From: Vicinamibacterales bacterium
Lineage (GTDB): Bacteria > Acidobacteriota > Vicinamibacteria > Vicinamibacterales > UBA2999
Assembly: GCA_035512515.1 (NCBI GenBank)
Contig: DATKDY010000215.1
Coordinates: forward strand, 1,294-65,293
Reading direction: 5' to 3'
Length of the DNA: 64,000 bases
The notes beneath the pieces were generated by a model. The model did not search any database. It was not told the origin of the DNA and was given only the letters and a program-made list of their open reading frames with translations. This document shows, one piece after another, positions 16,814-24,488 of this stretch. A program made the translations under genes and the position numbers. Numbering within the stretch: position 1 is the first letter of the stretch; every line of letters begins with the position of its first letter.

Positions 16814-18099
16814 TGCACAAGGGTCTGAAGCCCATCGCGGCGACGTTGAAGAAGGCCAACCTGGAGATCGCGCGCGCCTATCCCGGCGAGAGCGGCGATC
16901 GACAGCCTGTCCACACGGTCTACGGTGGGGCGCATCTGTTCACGGCGGACCTGGCGCCGAAGCTCGGCGCGATTGCGCTCCGGGCGCTGGACGATCATGC
17001 GCCCACCGCCCAGAGCTTCGCCGATGCACTCGGCCTCTTCGCTCATGGCGACCTCGTGTTTGCGACCACCATTCGAGAGCGGGTCGTGGCCAAGCTTCGC
17101 CGCGAGCCCGTCGAGGACTTCCGGATTGATTTCGAGGATGGTTACGGCAACCGCCCCGACAAGGAGGAAGACGATCACGCCGCAACCGCGGCCGTCCAGG
17201 TTGCGAAAGGGCTCGAGGCAGGAACGCTTCCGCCGTTCATCGGCATCCGGATCAAACCGTTGTCCACCGAGCTCCACGCGCGCAGCCTGCGGACGCTCGA
17301 CGTGTTTCTCACTTCACTGGCCCACACGACGCGAAGGCGCCTGCCGCCGAACTTCGTCATCACTATTCCGAAGCTGATGACGACGGCACATGTCAGTGCC
17401 GCCGCGAAGGCGTGCCGCGTCCTCGAGCGCCGCCTGCGGCTCGAGGCGGGGACCCTCACGCTGGAGCTGATGATCGAGACGCCGCAGTCGATTCTGGCCC
17501 CGGACGGGACGTCGGCCCTGCGTGCGCTGGTTGCGGCCGGCGGGGGACGTGTGCGCGGCGCGCACTTCGGCACCTACGACTACACGGCGCTGTGCGGGAT
17601 CACCGCCTCGTGGCAGCACATGCGCCATCAGGTGTGCGACTTCGCCAAGCACATGATGCAGGTCGCGCTCGCGCAGAGCGGTTTGTGGCTGTCCGATGGG
17701 GCCACCAATGTGCTGCCGGTTCCGCCGGATGTGCATCGCGCCTGGAAGTTGCACTTCGATGATGTCCAGCACTCGCTCGTGAATGGGTACTATCAGGGCT
17801 GGGATCTGCACCCGGCGCAGTTGCCCTCTCGCTATGCGGCGGTCTATGCCTTCTTCTTGTCCGCTCTACCGGCGGCCACCGCGCGACTGCGCAATTTTGT
17901 CGAAAAGGCCGCGCAGGCGACGCTGGTCGGCGACGTGTTCGACGACGCGGCGACGGGACAGGGATTGTTGAATTTCTTCGTCCGGGGATTGAGCTCGGGG
18001 GCGCTGACGCTGCAGGAAGCCGCCGCGACGGGTCTCACGCCTGACGAGCTGCAGGGACGGTCGTTTCTGGACATCCTCGAGGCGCGCAAGCGGCGATGA
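16810..18099 (+). CDS. Uncharacterised HpcH/CitE/malate-synthase-like TIM-barrel protein linked to uricolysis
   Basis: RIDFEDGYG, IRIKP, ELMIETP and HFGTYDYTA resemble the Mg-binding and catalytic motifs of the citrate-lyase-beta / malyl-CoA-lyase superfamily. The start overlaps the uraH stop (GTGATG). Confidence 0.4.
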   Translation: MMHKGLKPIAATLKKANLEIARAYPGESGDRQPVHTVYGGAHLFTADLAPKLGAIALRALDDHAPTAQSFADALGLFAHGDLVFATTIRERVVAKLRREPVEDFRIDFEDGYGNRPDKEEDDHAATAAVQVAKGLEAGTLPPFIGIRIKPLSTELHARSLRTLDVFLTSLAHTTRRRLPPNFVITIPKLMTTAHVSAAAKACRVLERRLRLEAGTLTLELMIETPQSILAPDGTSALRALVAAGGGRVRGAHFGTYDYTALCGITASWQHMRHQVCDFAKHMMQVALAQSGLWLSDGATNVLPVPPDVHRAWKLHFDDVQHSLVNGYYQGWDLHPAQLPSRYAAVYAFFLSALPAATARLRNFVEKAAQATLVGDVFDDAATGQGLLNFFVRGLSSGALTLQEAAATGLTPDELQGRSFLDILEARKRR

Positions 18100-18740
18100 A
18101 GCGAATACTCATCAGAGTTCTGATGATTGTGGCCGCACTCGCGGTGATTGGATTTCTGTTCATGCGCTCGGTGCAGAGCACGAGGTCCGCTCCGTACACG
18201 ATTGAGCAGGCCCATCTGCAGGACTGGACCTTTGCGATCGAGCCCGGCAATGCGCCCAACGCGGTGCTCATCGCTGCCCGGCCGCCGCGCGAATTGGCCA
18301 GCGCGCTGTTTCGGCAATTGTTTTCGCGGCTGGCCGAGTCCATGAACGGACCGACCTCTCCCATGGTCCCGCTGCTGCTGCAGGACGAGTTCAATCGATC
18401 CTTTGCGGGCCGTGCCACGACGGGGGAGTTGCTGGCTGCGGCCCGCGACGCCGGTGTGGAGGCGGCGGCGTTCGAGCCGCGCTGTATGGGGTACCGGCGC
18501 GAGAGCGCGCCGGGGGTGACGCGGCAGCTGTATTTCGTGTTTTTCGAGGCGCCGGCGTTTACGCGATTCCGCCAGCAGATCGCGGCGCTGGCGGAACCGG
18601 GCACGGGATACGATCCGACAGCGCTGTCGCCGGTGATGCCGACGGCGGCGTCGGATCCGGATTTCAATCGGTGGCTGCCGCTCCGCGTCAATCCCGACAC
18701 TGACTGCGTCGCGCCGATCGTGATCGAGTCCGTGCGCTAG
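18096..18740 (+). CDS. Hypothetical membrane-anchored protein
   Basis: N-terminal TM helix ILIRVLMIVAALAVIGFLFM. ATGA overlap with the preceding gene. No recognisable domain. Confidence 0.55.
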   Translation: MKRILIRVLMIVAALAVIGFLFMRSVQSTRSAPYTIEQAHLQDWTFAIEPGNAPNAVLIAARPPRELASALFRQLFSRLAESMNGPTSPMVPLLLQDEFNRSFAGRATTGELLAAARDAGVEAAAFEPRCMGYRRESAPGVTRQLYFVFFEAPAFTRFRQQIAALAEPGTGYDPTALSPVMPTAASDPDFNRWLPLRVNPDTDCVAPIVIESVR

Positions 18741-18797
18741 GTGCGGCCCGTTGCGAGCGGATGCGGCCAGGTGCGGGTTCAGAGGGGGAGGTTTCAG

Positions 18798-19934
18798 ATG
18801 TCTGTTCGTAGTTTGACGTTGGCTGTTGTCGTCGCGGTGATACCGGCCGTGTCGTTCGCGCAAGAACCTCGGCGCGCTCCGGACGGCGTGGTCATCAACG
18901 ACGAAGGCCTGCCGCAGTACTCCACGTTTTCGCTCTGCGCGATCGATCCGGCGGCGGGGCAATCGGGCGCGGCCGTGACGACCCGGGTGCCCTTCGTCGG
19001 CCGGGCAGTCCCGCACGTTCGCGCGGGCGTTGGCGCAGTGTGTACGCAAGCCTCAACGGTGGTCGAGTACGGACCGCGCGGCCTCGATCTCCTGGCCAGG
19101 GGCGTCGAGCCCAGGGCGGTCCTGGAGCAGATGCTTGCCGGCGATCAGCAGCGCGAGTCCCGTCAGGTCGGTTTGATCGACATGCAGGGGCGCAGCGCCG
19201 CGCATTCGGGCAAGAACAACGGCAACTGGGCCGGAAGCCGTCAGGGGAAGAACTACACCGTGCAGGCCAACATCATGGTCGGGCCTGAGGTGGTCGAGGC
19301 CGTCGCGGCGTCCTTCGAAGCCACGGACGGCACCGGCATGCCGCTGGCCGAGCGGATGATTCTGGCGATGGAGGCTGGACAGGCCAAAGGCGGCGACAGT
19401 CGCTGGGGCAACCTGCAGTCCGCCGCCATCAAGATCGCCGATCCCAACAACCCCGGCCGCGGCGGCGACCACATTGCCCTGGCCATCGAAGTCGGGGAGC
19501 ATCCCGAGCCGGTGGGAGAGATGAAGCGCATCTACTACACGACGTCGCGGACGCTCGGCTATCGCAGCTTCTCGCGCATCGACGGCCCCGATGTCGTCGA
19601 GCTGAAGCGCATGCTGCACGCGCTCGGCTATTGGCGTCCGTCGTTGACCACGTTCCCCACTGCGCCGCCCACGGTCAGCAACCAGAAGATTGCCGAACTG
19701 CGGAAAACCGACCCGGCCGCCGCGGACAAACTGCAGGCCGAATCACGCCGCGCCCAGCAGGAATTCACTCGTGCGTTCGCGCTGTACGACGAGGAGGCAA
19801 TGGCCGCGGTGGACAAATTCCGCGCCGACAAAGGACTCAACTACCGGGGCAATCCCGTTGGTCTTGTGGACGAGCGCTTCGTCCGCGCGCTCCGCGACGC
19901 GTACTTCGCCAAGCGGAAGACTGCGTCGCCATAG
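18798..19934 (+). CDS. Secreted DUF1028 (Ntn-hydrolase fold) protein with a C-terminal peptidoglycan-binding-like domain
   Basis: STFSLCAIDPAAGQSGAAVTTRVPFVGRAVPHVRAGVGAVCTQA is DUF1028-like. The C-terminus GPDVVELKRMLHALGYW...VDKFRADKGL resembles PG_binding_1. ATG at 18798 is preceded by GGGGGAG; a signal peptide is present. Confidence 0.65.
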   Translation: MSVRSLTLAVVVAVIPAVSFAQEPRRAPDGVVINDEGLPQYSTFSLCAIDPAAGQSGAAVTTRVPFVGRAVPHVRAGVGAVCTQASTVVEYGPRGLDLLARGVEPRAVLEQMLAGDQQRESRQVGLIDMQGRSAAHSGKNNGNWAGSRQGKNYTVQANIMVGPEVVEAVAASFEATDGTGMPLAERMILAMEAGQAKGGDSRWGNLQSAAIKIADPNNPGRGGDHIALAIEVGEHPEPVGEMKRIYYTTSRTLGYRSFSRIDGPDVVELKRMLHALGYWRPSLTTFPTAPPTVSNQKIAELRKTDPAAADKLQAESRRAQQEFTRAFALYDEEAMAAVDKFRADKGLNYRGNPVGLVDERFVRALRDAYFAKRKTASP

Positions 19935-19993
19935 CAAGATCGACGATAAAAGTCGCGTCATTCGGTGTATCGTGTCTCTTGATAGGAGAACAG

Positions 19994-20326
19994 ATGGCTA
20001 AGGCAAAGAAGGCCAAGACTGCGAAGAAGGCAAAGACGGCCAAGAAAGCAAAGAGTGCGAAGAAGAAGAGCGGACGCAAGCCGAACGCGGCGTTCATGGC
20101 GCCGATGACGCCCAGCCCCGCGCTGGCGGAAGTCGTCGGCAGCAAGCCGCTCCCGCGCACCGACGTCACCAAGAAGCTGTGGGCGTACATCAAGAAGAAC
20201 GGTCTGCAGGATCAGAAGAACAAGCGGATGATCAAGGCCGACGAGAACCTCAAGACCGTGTTCGGGGGCAAGAGCACCGTCAACATGTTCGAGATGACCA
20301 AGCTCGTAAGCAAGCACCTGAAGTAA
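19994..20326 (+). CDS. SWIB/MDM2-domain protein with a Lys/Ala-rich histone-H1-like N-terminal tail
   Basis: MAKAKKAKTAKKAKTAKKAKSAKKKSGRK followed by LAEVVGSKPLPRTDVTKKLWAYIKKNGLQDQKNKRMIKAD (SWIB core). AGGAGA RBS before the ATG at 19994. Confidence 0.85.
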   Translation: MAKAKKAKTAKKAKTAKKAKSAKKKSGRKPNAAFMAPMTPSPALAEVVGSKPLPRTDVTKKLWAYIKKNGLQDQKNKRMIKADENLKTVFGGKSTVNMFEMTKLVSKHLK

Positions 20327-20510
20327 ACGCGCGGCCGTCTCGCTCCCCCGTAGGCGCGTCGTCCCCGTCCCTCCGACCACGGCCGGGATGACCCTGAGTC
20401 TGGCGTCCCTCGACGGTGCTCGGCACGGCCTCAGGCTGTCGAAGGGCCACAAGGGGCGCGGACGACGCGCTTTCGCTATGATGTAGGCAGACCAGAAGCA
20501 CGGTATTCGG

Positions 20511-21569
20511 GTGCCAACCGCCTTACGACTCAAGCTCGCGCCGCAGCGCCGGTTCGAGGCGATCGACGTCAATCGTCGGATCGCCGCCGAATCGGGCGAC
20601 ATTCTGCATCGCCACCGCCGGGCGCTGTATTGCTCGTTCCACACCACCGCGGGCTATCTCGATCAAAGCCTGTCGGCCCGGATGCACCACCGGCAGGACC
20701 TGCTTTCCCAGTTCTTCCGGGCGTTTCACGCGCTCTTCCCGCAGGGCGGCGAATATCACCACGACCGGATGGAACTTCGGTCCGAGCTGACAGACGAACA
20801 GAAGATCGTCGAGCCGAAGAACGCCGATTCGCACCTCACCTACATCGGGTCGGGGATGCGCAATTGCGTGACGTACCGTGCTCGTCCCGACGCGCCCGTG
20901 TACTTCATCGAGCTCGACGGCATGACCGACGCCATGACCCGCCAGCGCACGACCAAGATCGTCGCGTATGACGACGAGCGAGTGGTCGCGCGCACGTCCG
21001 TTGGTGTGGCCGTGTCGAAGCATCCGGTGGATTCGATCAATCTGGCGGATCCGCGTTTGGGGCTGCTGGACTCGGTCAACGACCTGCTGGCACGGGCCGG
21101 CCTTCAGTACGGCCGCGTCGATCTCGTGGTCGATCCCACCGAGCGCAACGTCGGGCTCACCGTCAACGAATACGAGACGCTGCTGATGCAGAACGATCTG
21201 GCCGACGTGCTGCGCGACCCGCTCCGCTTTGCCCGCATCAAGGCGCGAAACGCCCTGCAGGATCCCTTTTCGATTCCCGGCAAGACACTCAACTACGCCA
21301 AATACGACGTCGTGCGCGTGCTGAATTCGCTGATGGAGGCGCTGCGACTGGATCAAGGCTCGTTCGAGCGTCTGGTCGCCAAGGTGATGTCACTGCCGGC
21401 CAGCCGCTTTGTCCGCTCGCGCCGTGTCAGCTTCCTTGCCGCCGCGGACGCCGCCGAAGGCCGTCCGCAGTTGCTGCGAGGCACCTACCAGAGCCCCATC
21501 CTGGTGCAGTGGCAGAGCGCCGTTGGTCAGGAACGGCGGATCGACATCATCCTGTCCGAGCTCTCGTAA
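20511..21569 (+). CDS. Hypothetical protein with an N-terminal YjbQ/UPF0047-like domain and a ~200-aa uncharacterised C-terminal extension
   Basis: FHTTAGYLDQS and EPKNADSHLTYIGSGMR resemble the UPF0047 motifs (HTTA...; NADAHL..G.S). The protein is 352 aa, versus about 140 aa for canonical YjbQ. Confidence 0.45.
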   Translation: MPTALRLKLAPQRRFEAIDVNRRIAAESGDILHRHRRALYCSFHTTAGYLDQSLSARMHHRQDLLSQFFRAFHALFPQGGEYHHDRMELRSELTDEQKIVEPKNADSHLTYIGSGMRNCVTYRARPDAPVYFIELDGMTDAMTRQRTTKIVAYDDERVVARTSVGVAVSKHPVDSINLADPRLGLLDSVNDLLARAGLQYGRVDLVVDPTERNVGLTVNEYETLLMQNDLADVLRDPLRFARIKARNALQDPFSIPGKTLNYAKYDVVRVLNSLMEALRLDQGSFERLVAKVMSLPASRFVRSRRVSFLAAADAAEGRPQLLRGTYQSPILVQWQSAVGQERRIDIILSELS

Positions 21570-21698
21570 GGGTCCTCCCCGAGCACGCGGGGCACGAAAT
21601 CATTGAGTATCCGGGCACCTTCACAACAAAAGACAAGGTGTTACACCCCGTGGCGGGGCTCTCGCCGTATTCTGGATTCTCAACGACAGAGGGGAAGC

Positions 21699-21747
21699 AC
21701 CGGGTGGGGCGCCTCTCGTGAGCCGCAGCGCTTCACCCGGTTTTTTT
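21699..21747 (+). terminator. Strong Rho-independent terminator (14-bp stem, 15-nt loop, T7 tract)
   Basis: ACCGGGTGGGGCGC (21699-21712) pairs with GCGCTTCACCCGGT (21728-21741) using two G-U pairs, followed by TTTTTTT (21741-21747). Confidence 0.75.
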
Positions 21748-21857
21748 GGCCGAAACGAAGTGAAGGCCATCCGCCGTAGCCCTGGCGAAGGCGGATCACG
21801 CGTCTGATGACTCCCCTCGAGGCCCTGATACCCGATAACGCAGTGAGGAAACGACAG

Positions 21858-22193
21858 ATGTCCGACAACGTGATCAAGACCAGCGATCGCCGGAATTTTC
21901 TCCGCGGATCCGCGCTGTTTGCTGCAGCTTTAGGGATGTCCATCGTACCCGCGTTTGCCGCGCCGGCCTCGGGCATGCCCCGCGGGCAGGAGAAGCCGAA
22001 ACCCGCGCCCAAGCCGGAAGAGGAAGGCGAGGAGACTCCCAAAGACCCGTTCGCCAGCGACAAGTCGAAGGACGGCAAGCTGTACGACAGCGAAGGCCGC
22101 GAATACAAGGTGTGCCCGCAGTGCGGCTACAACCTGTATAAGCAGGGACGCATGTGGATCTGCGAGAACTGCGGCTACTCCTACGTGGAATAG
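21858..22193 (+). CDS. Small Tat-signal protein with a C-terminal CxxC...CxxC zinc-ribbon
   Basis: Twin-arginine motif SDRRNFLRGSA with h-region and AFA cleavage site; an acidic/Pro/Lys linker; C-terminus CPQCGYNLYKQGRMWICENCGY. GAGGAA RBS before the ATG at 21858. Confidence 0.65.
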   Translation: MSDNVIKTSDRRNFLRGSALFAAALGMSIVPAFAAPASGMPRGQEKPKPAPKPEEEGEETPKDPFASDKSKDGKLYDSEGREYKVCPQCGYNLYKQGRMWICENCGYSYVE

Positions 22194-22342
22194 CAGACTC
22201 CAGGCCCCAGGCTCCAAGCATCAGACGCCCGGCACCGCTACGGTGACCGGGCGCTGTCGTGTACGCCTGAGCGCTGGGCGTGCTGGCCCACCCGTCTGAA
22301 TGGACAGAGGGGTCATCGTCGAAACTGTGTAAGCTCTGGTGG

Positions 22343-23170
22343 ATGTCGCTTTCAGGGAAAACGCTTTTCATTACCGGCGCCAGCCGCGGCATCGGCAAGG
22401 CCATCGCCTTGCGCGCGGCGCGCGACGGCGCCCACATCGTGGTGGCGGCCAAGACCATCGAGCCGCACCCGAAGCTTCCCGGCACGATCTACAGCACGGC
22501 GGAGGAGATCACGGCAGCCGGCGGCCAGGCGCTGCCCGTGGCGGTCGATATCCGCGACGACGGGCAAGTGGAGGCGGCCGTGCAGGCGGCCGTGACCCGC
22601 TTTGGCGGCATCGACATCCTGGTCAACAACGCGTCGGCCATCTCGCTGACCGGCACGCTCGACACGCCGATGAAGCGCTACGACCTGATGCACCAGGTCA
22701 ACGTCCGCGGCACGTTCCTCTGTTCGCAGAAGGCGCTGCCGCACCTGCGTCGCGCGAAGAATCCGCACATCCTCAACCTCGCGCCGCCGCTCCAGTCGAC
22801 GCTCCAGCCGAAGTGGTTCAGCCGGCATCTCGCCTACACGATGGCGAAATACGGCATGAGCCTGTGCGTCCTGGGGATGGCGGAGGAGTTCAAGAGCGAC
22901 GGAATCGCGGTGAATGCGTTGTGGCCGCGGACCACCATCGATACGGAGGCCATTCGGCTGATTGCGGGCGACGAGGCACGAAAGCGAACGCGCTCGCCGG
23001 AGATCATGGCCGATGCGGCCCACATCATCCTCACCAGGCCGAGCCGCGAGCTCACGGGCCGCTTTCTGGTCGATGACGAGGTGCTGCGGGAGGCCGGCGT
23101 CACCGACTTCTCACGTTATCGGCGGCCTGGCGTGAACGAGGAGGATCTCACGCCGGATGTCTTCGTGTAG
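22343..23170 (+). CDS. Short-chain dehydrogenase/reductase (HSDL2-like SDR)
   Basis: TGASRGIG cofactor motif, NNAS, catalytic YTMAKYG (YxxxK). Confidence 0.88.
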   Translation: MSLSGKTLFITGASRGIGKAIALRAARDGAHIVVAAKTIEPHPKLPGTIYSTAEEITAAGGQALPVAVDIRDDGQVEAAVQAAVTRFGGIDILVNNASAISLTGTLDTPMKRYDLMHQVNVRGTFLCSQKALPHLRRAKNPHILNLAPPLQSTLQPKWFSRHLAYTMAKYGMSLCVLGMAEEFKSDGIAVNALWPRTTIDTEAIRLIAGDEARKRTRSPEIMADAAHIILTRPSRELTGRFLVDDEVLREAGVTDFSRYRRPGVNEEDLTPDVFV

Positions 23171-23173
23171 CGG

Positions 23174-23677
23174 CTACGACCGGTAATTGCCAAACTGCAG
23201 CGAGATGCCGAAGTCGTGCTCGCGCAGCAACGCGATCGCCTGCTGCAGGTCGTCGCGCGCCGGCGCCTGAACACGCACCTGATCGGCCTGGATCGACGCC
23301 TGCACCTTCTTGAGCTTGGCATCCTTGAGGAACTTCACGATCTCCCTGGCGGTGTCGGTCGGGATGCCAACCTGCAACGTGAATACCTGCCTGACCGTGC
23401 CTGCCGACGCGGCTTCCACGTCGCCTGGCTTGAGGTTCTGGACCGGCACGCCCCGCCGCACCAGGCGCGTTTGCACGATTTCCCAGAGTGCCCCGATTTT
23501 GAACTTGTCCTCGGCGGTGAGCGTCATCGTCTTGTTCTTCTGGTCGAGCTCGATCGTGGCGGGCGAGCCCTTGAAGTCGTAGCGCTGCGCCACTTCCTTG
23601 CGGGCCTGATTGATGGCGTTGTCCACCTCCTGCATGTCGACTTCCGACGTGATATCGAACGAATTCATCGCGGCCAT
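23174..23677 (-). CDS. yajQ: YajQ-family nucleotide-binding protein (UPF0234)
   Basis: SFDITSEVDMQEVDNAINQARKEVAQRYDFKGS...LQFGNYR matches the YajQ family over its full length. Confidence 0.9.
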   Translation of the reverse strand: MAAMNSFDITSEVDMQEVDNAINQARKEVAQRYDFKGSPATIELDQKNKTMTLTAEDKFKIGALWEIVQTRLVRRGVPVQNLKPGDVEAASAGTVRQVFTLQVGIPTDTAREIVKFLKDAKLKKVQASIQADQVRVQAPARDDLQQAIALLREHDFGISLQFGNYRS

Positions 23678-23776
23678 AGCTCAATATGCTACACGGGGGC
23701 GTGCTCGAGGTTCCCGTCCACTGTCAACGGTTGTGCTTGAGCGCCGGGTGCGCGCCAGTTACAGTAGCTATGCCTC

Positions 23777-24151
23777 ATGAAGGAGCCGCTGATTTTGATT
23801 GTGGACGACTATCAGGACGCCCGGGAGATGTATGCCGAGTACCTGAAAGCGTCCGGCTTTCGCGTGGCCGAAGCGCGCACCGGCATCGAAGCGGTCGCGA
23901 AAGCCAGGGAGCTAGGTCCGGATTGCATCCTCATGGATCTTTCCCTGCCCGGAATCGATGGATGGGAGGCGACACGGCAACTCAAGGCCGATCAGCGCAC
24001 CACCCACATTCCCGTCGTGGCCATCACCGGCCACGCTTCGGAGCTGGCGTCGCGGGATGCGAAGGCCGCCGGCTGCAGCTCGTTCGTCCTGAAGCCGGCC
24101 CTGCCGGATGCGGTGGTCTCCGAGGTCAGAAAAGCGCTCGCCGTCGTGTGA
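23777..24151 (+). CDS. Single-domain response regulator (CheY-like receiver)
   Basis: Acidic pocket IVDDYQD, phospho-acceptor ILMDLSLPGIDG, conserved T (VAITG) and K (LKP); 124 aa with no output domain. Confidence 0.88.
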   Translation: MKEPLILIVDDYQDAREMYAEYLKASGFRVAEARTGIEAVAKARELGPDCILMDLSLPGIDGWEATRQLKADQRTTHIPVVAITGHASELASRDAKAAGCSSFVLKPALPDAVVSEVRKALAVV

Positions 24152-24184
24152 AGCGCTCACGCGGCGCGGAAAATGGCGTCCCAG

Positions 24185-24218
24185 GAGCCAACACCGATTC
24201 CACGGATTACACAGATTG
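24185..24218. repeat. Second locus of the CACCGATT 9-nt repeat family
   Basis: gagccaacaccgattc cacggatta cacagattg; the first 15 nt are identical to 4494-4508. Confidence 0.8.
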
Positions 24219-24488
24219 AGGTTTCTCGCCGGGCTTCAAAGACACCGCTCGCACTCGTACCGTTGGCGTCCCGACCACCCACATTGACTTCTCTCGCCGA
24301 ACTTCACAGCCATAGCCTCGCTTTGCTCCGCCACCGGCACTCAGCGTTGGGATTGGTGTCGAGATGTCGGGACGCGTTCCTGCTGGTCGCACGAATCGCG
24401 GCCAGCAACGTCGACGACGATCCGCCGCGAGTTCCCGCGGAAGCGTCCGTCAGGTGAATGGAGTCTGAAATCTGCGCAATCTGTGAAA

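Noticed and set aside
21655-21700. Resemblance of ggcggggctctcgccgtattctggattctcaacgac to the tmRNA 5' end (GGGGCUGAUUCUGGAUUCGACG)
   Set aside because: Only the UUCUGGAUUC decamer matches. There is no tag reading frame and no tRNA-like 3' end (no T-arm/CCA context), and the downstream sequence is a protein-coding gene.
24173-24457. 94-aa ORF in the spacer between the response regulator and the lhr 3' end
   Set aside because: It has Pro/Ser/Leu/Arg-rich low-information sequence, no RBS, and overlaps a repeat-family element. It is more likely non-coding.
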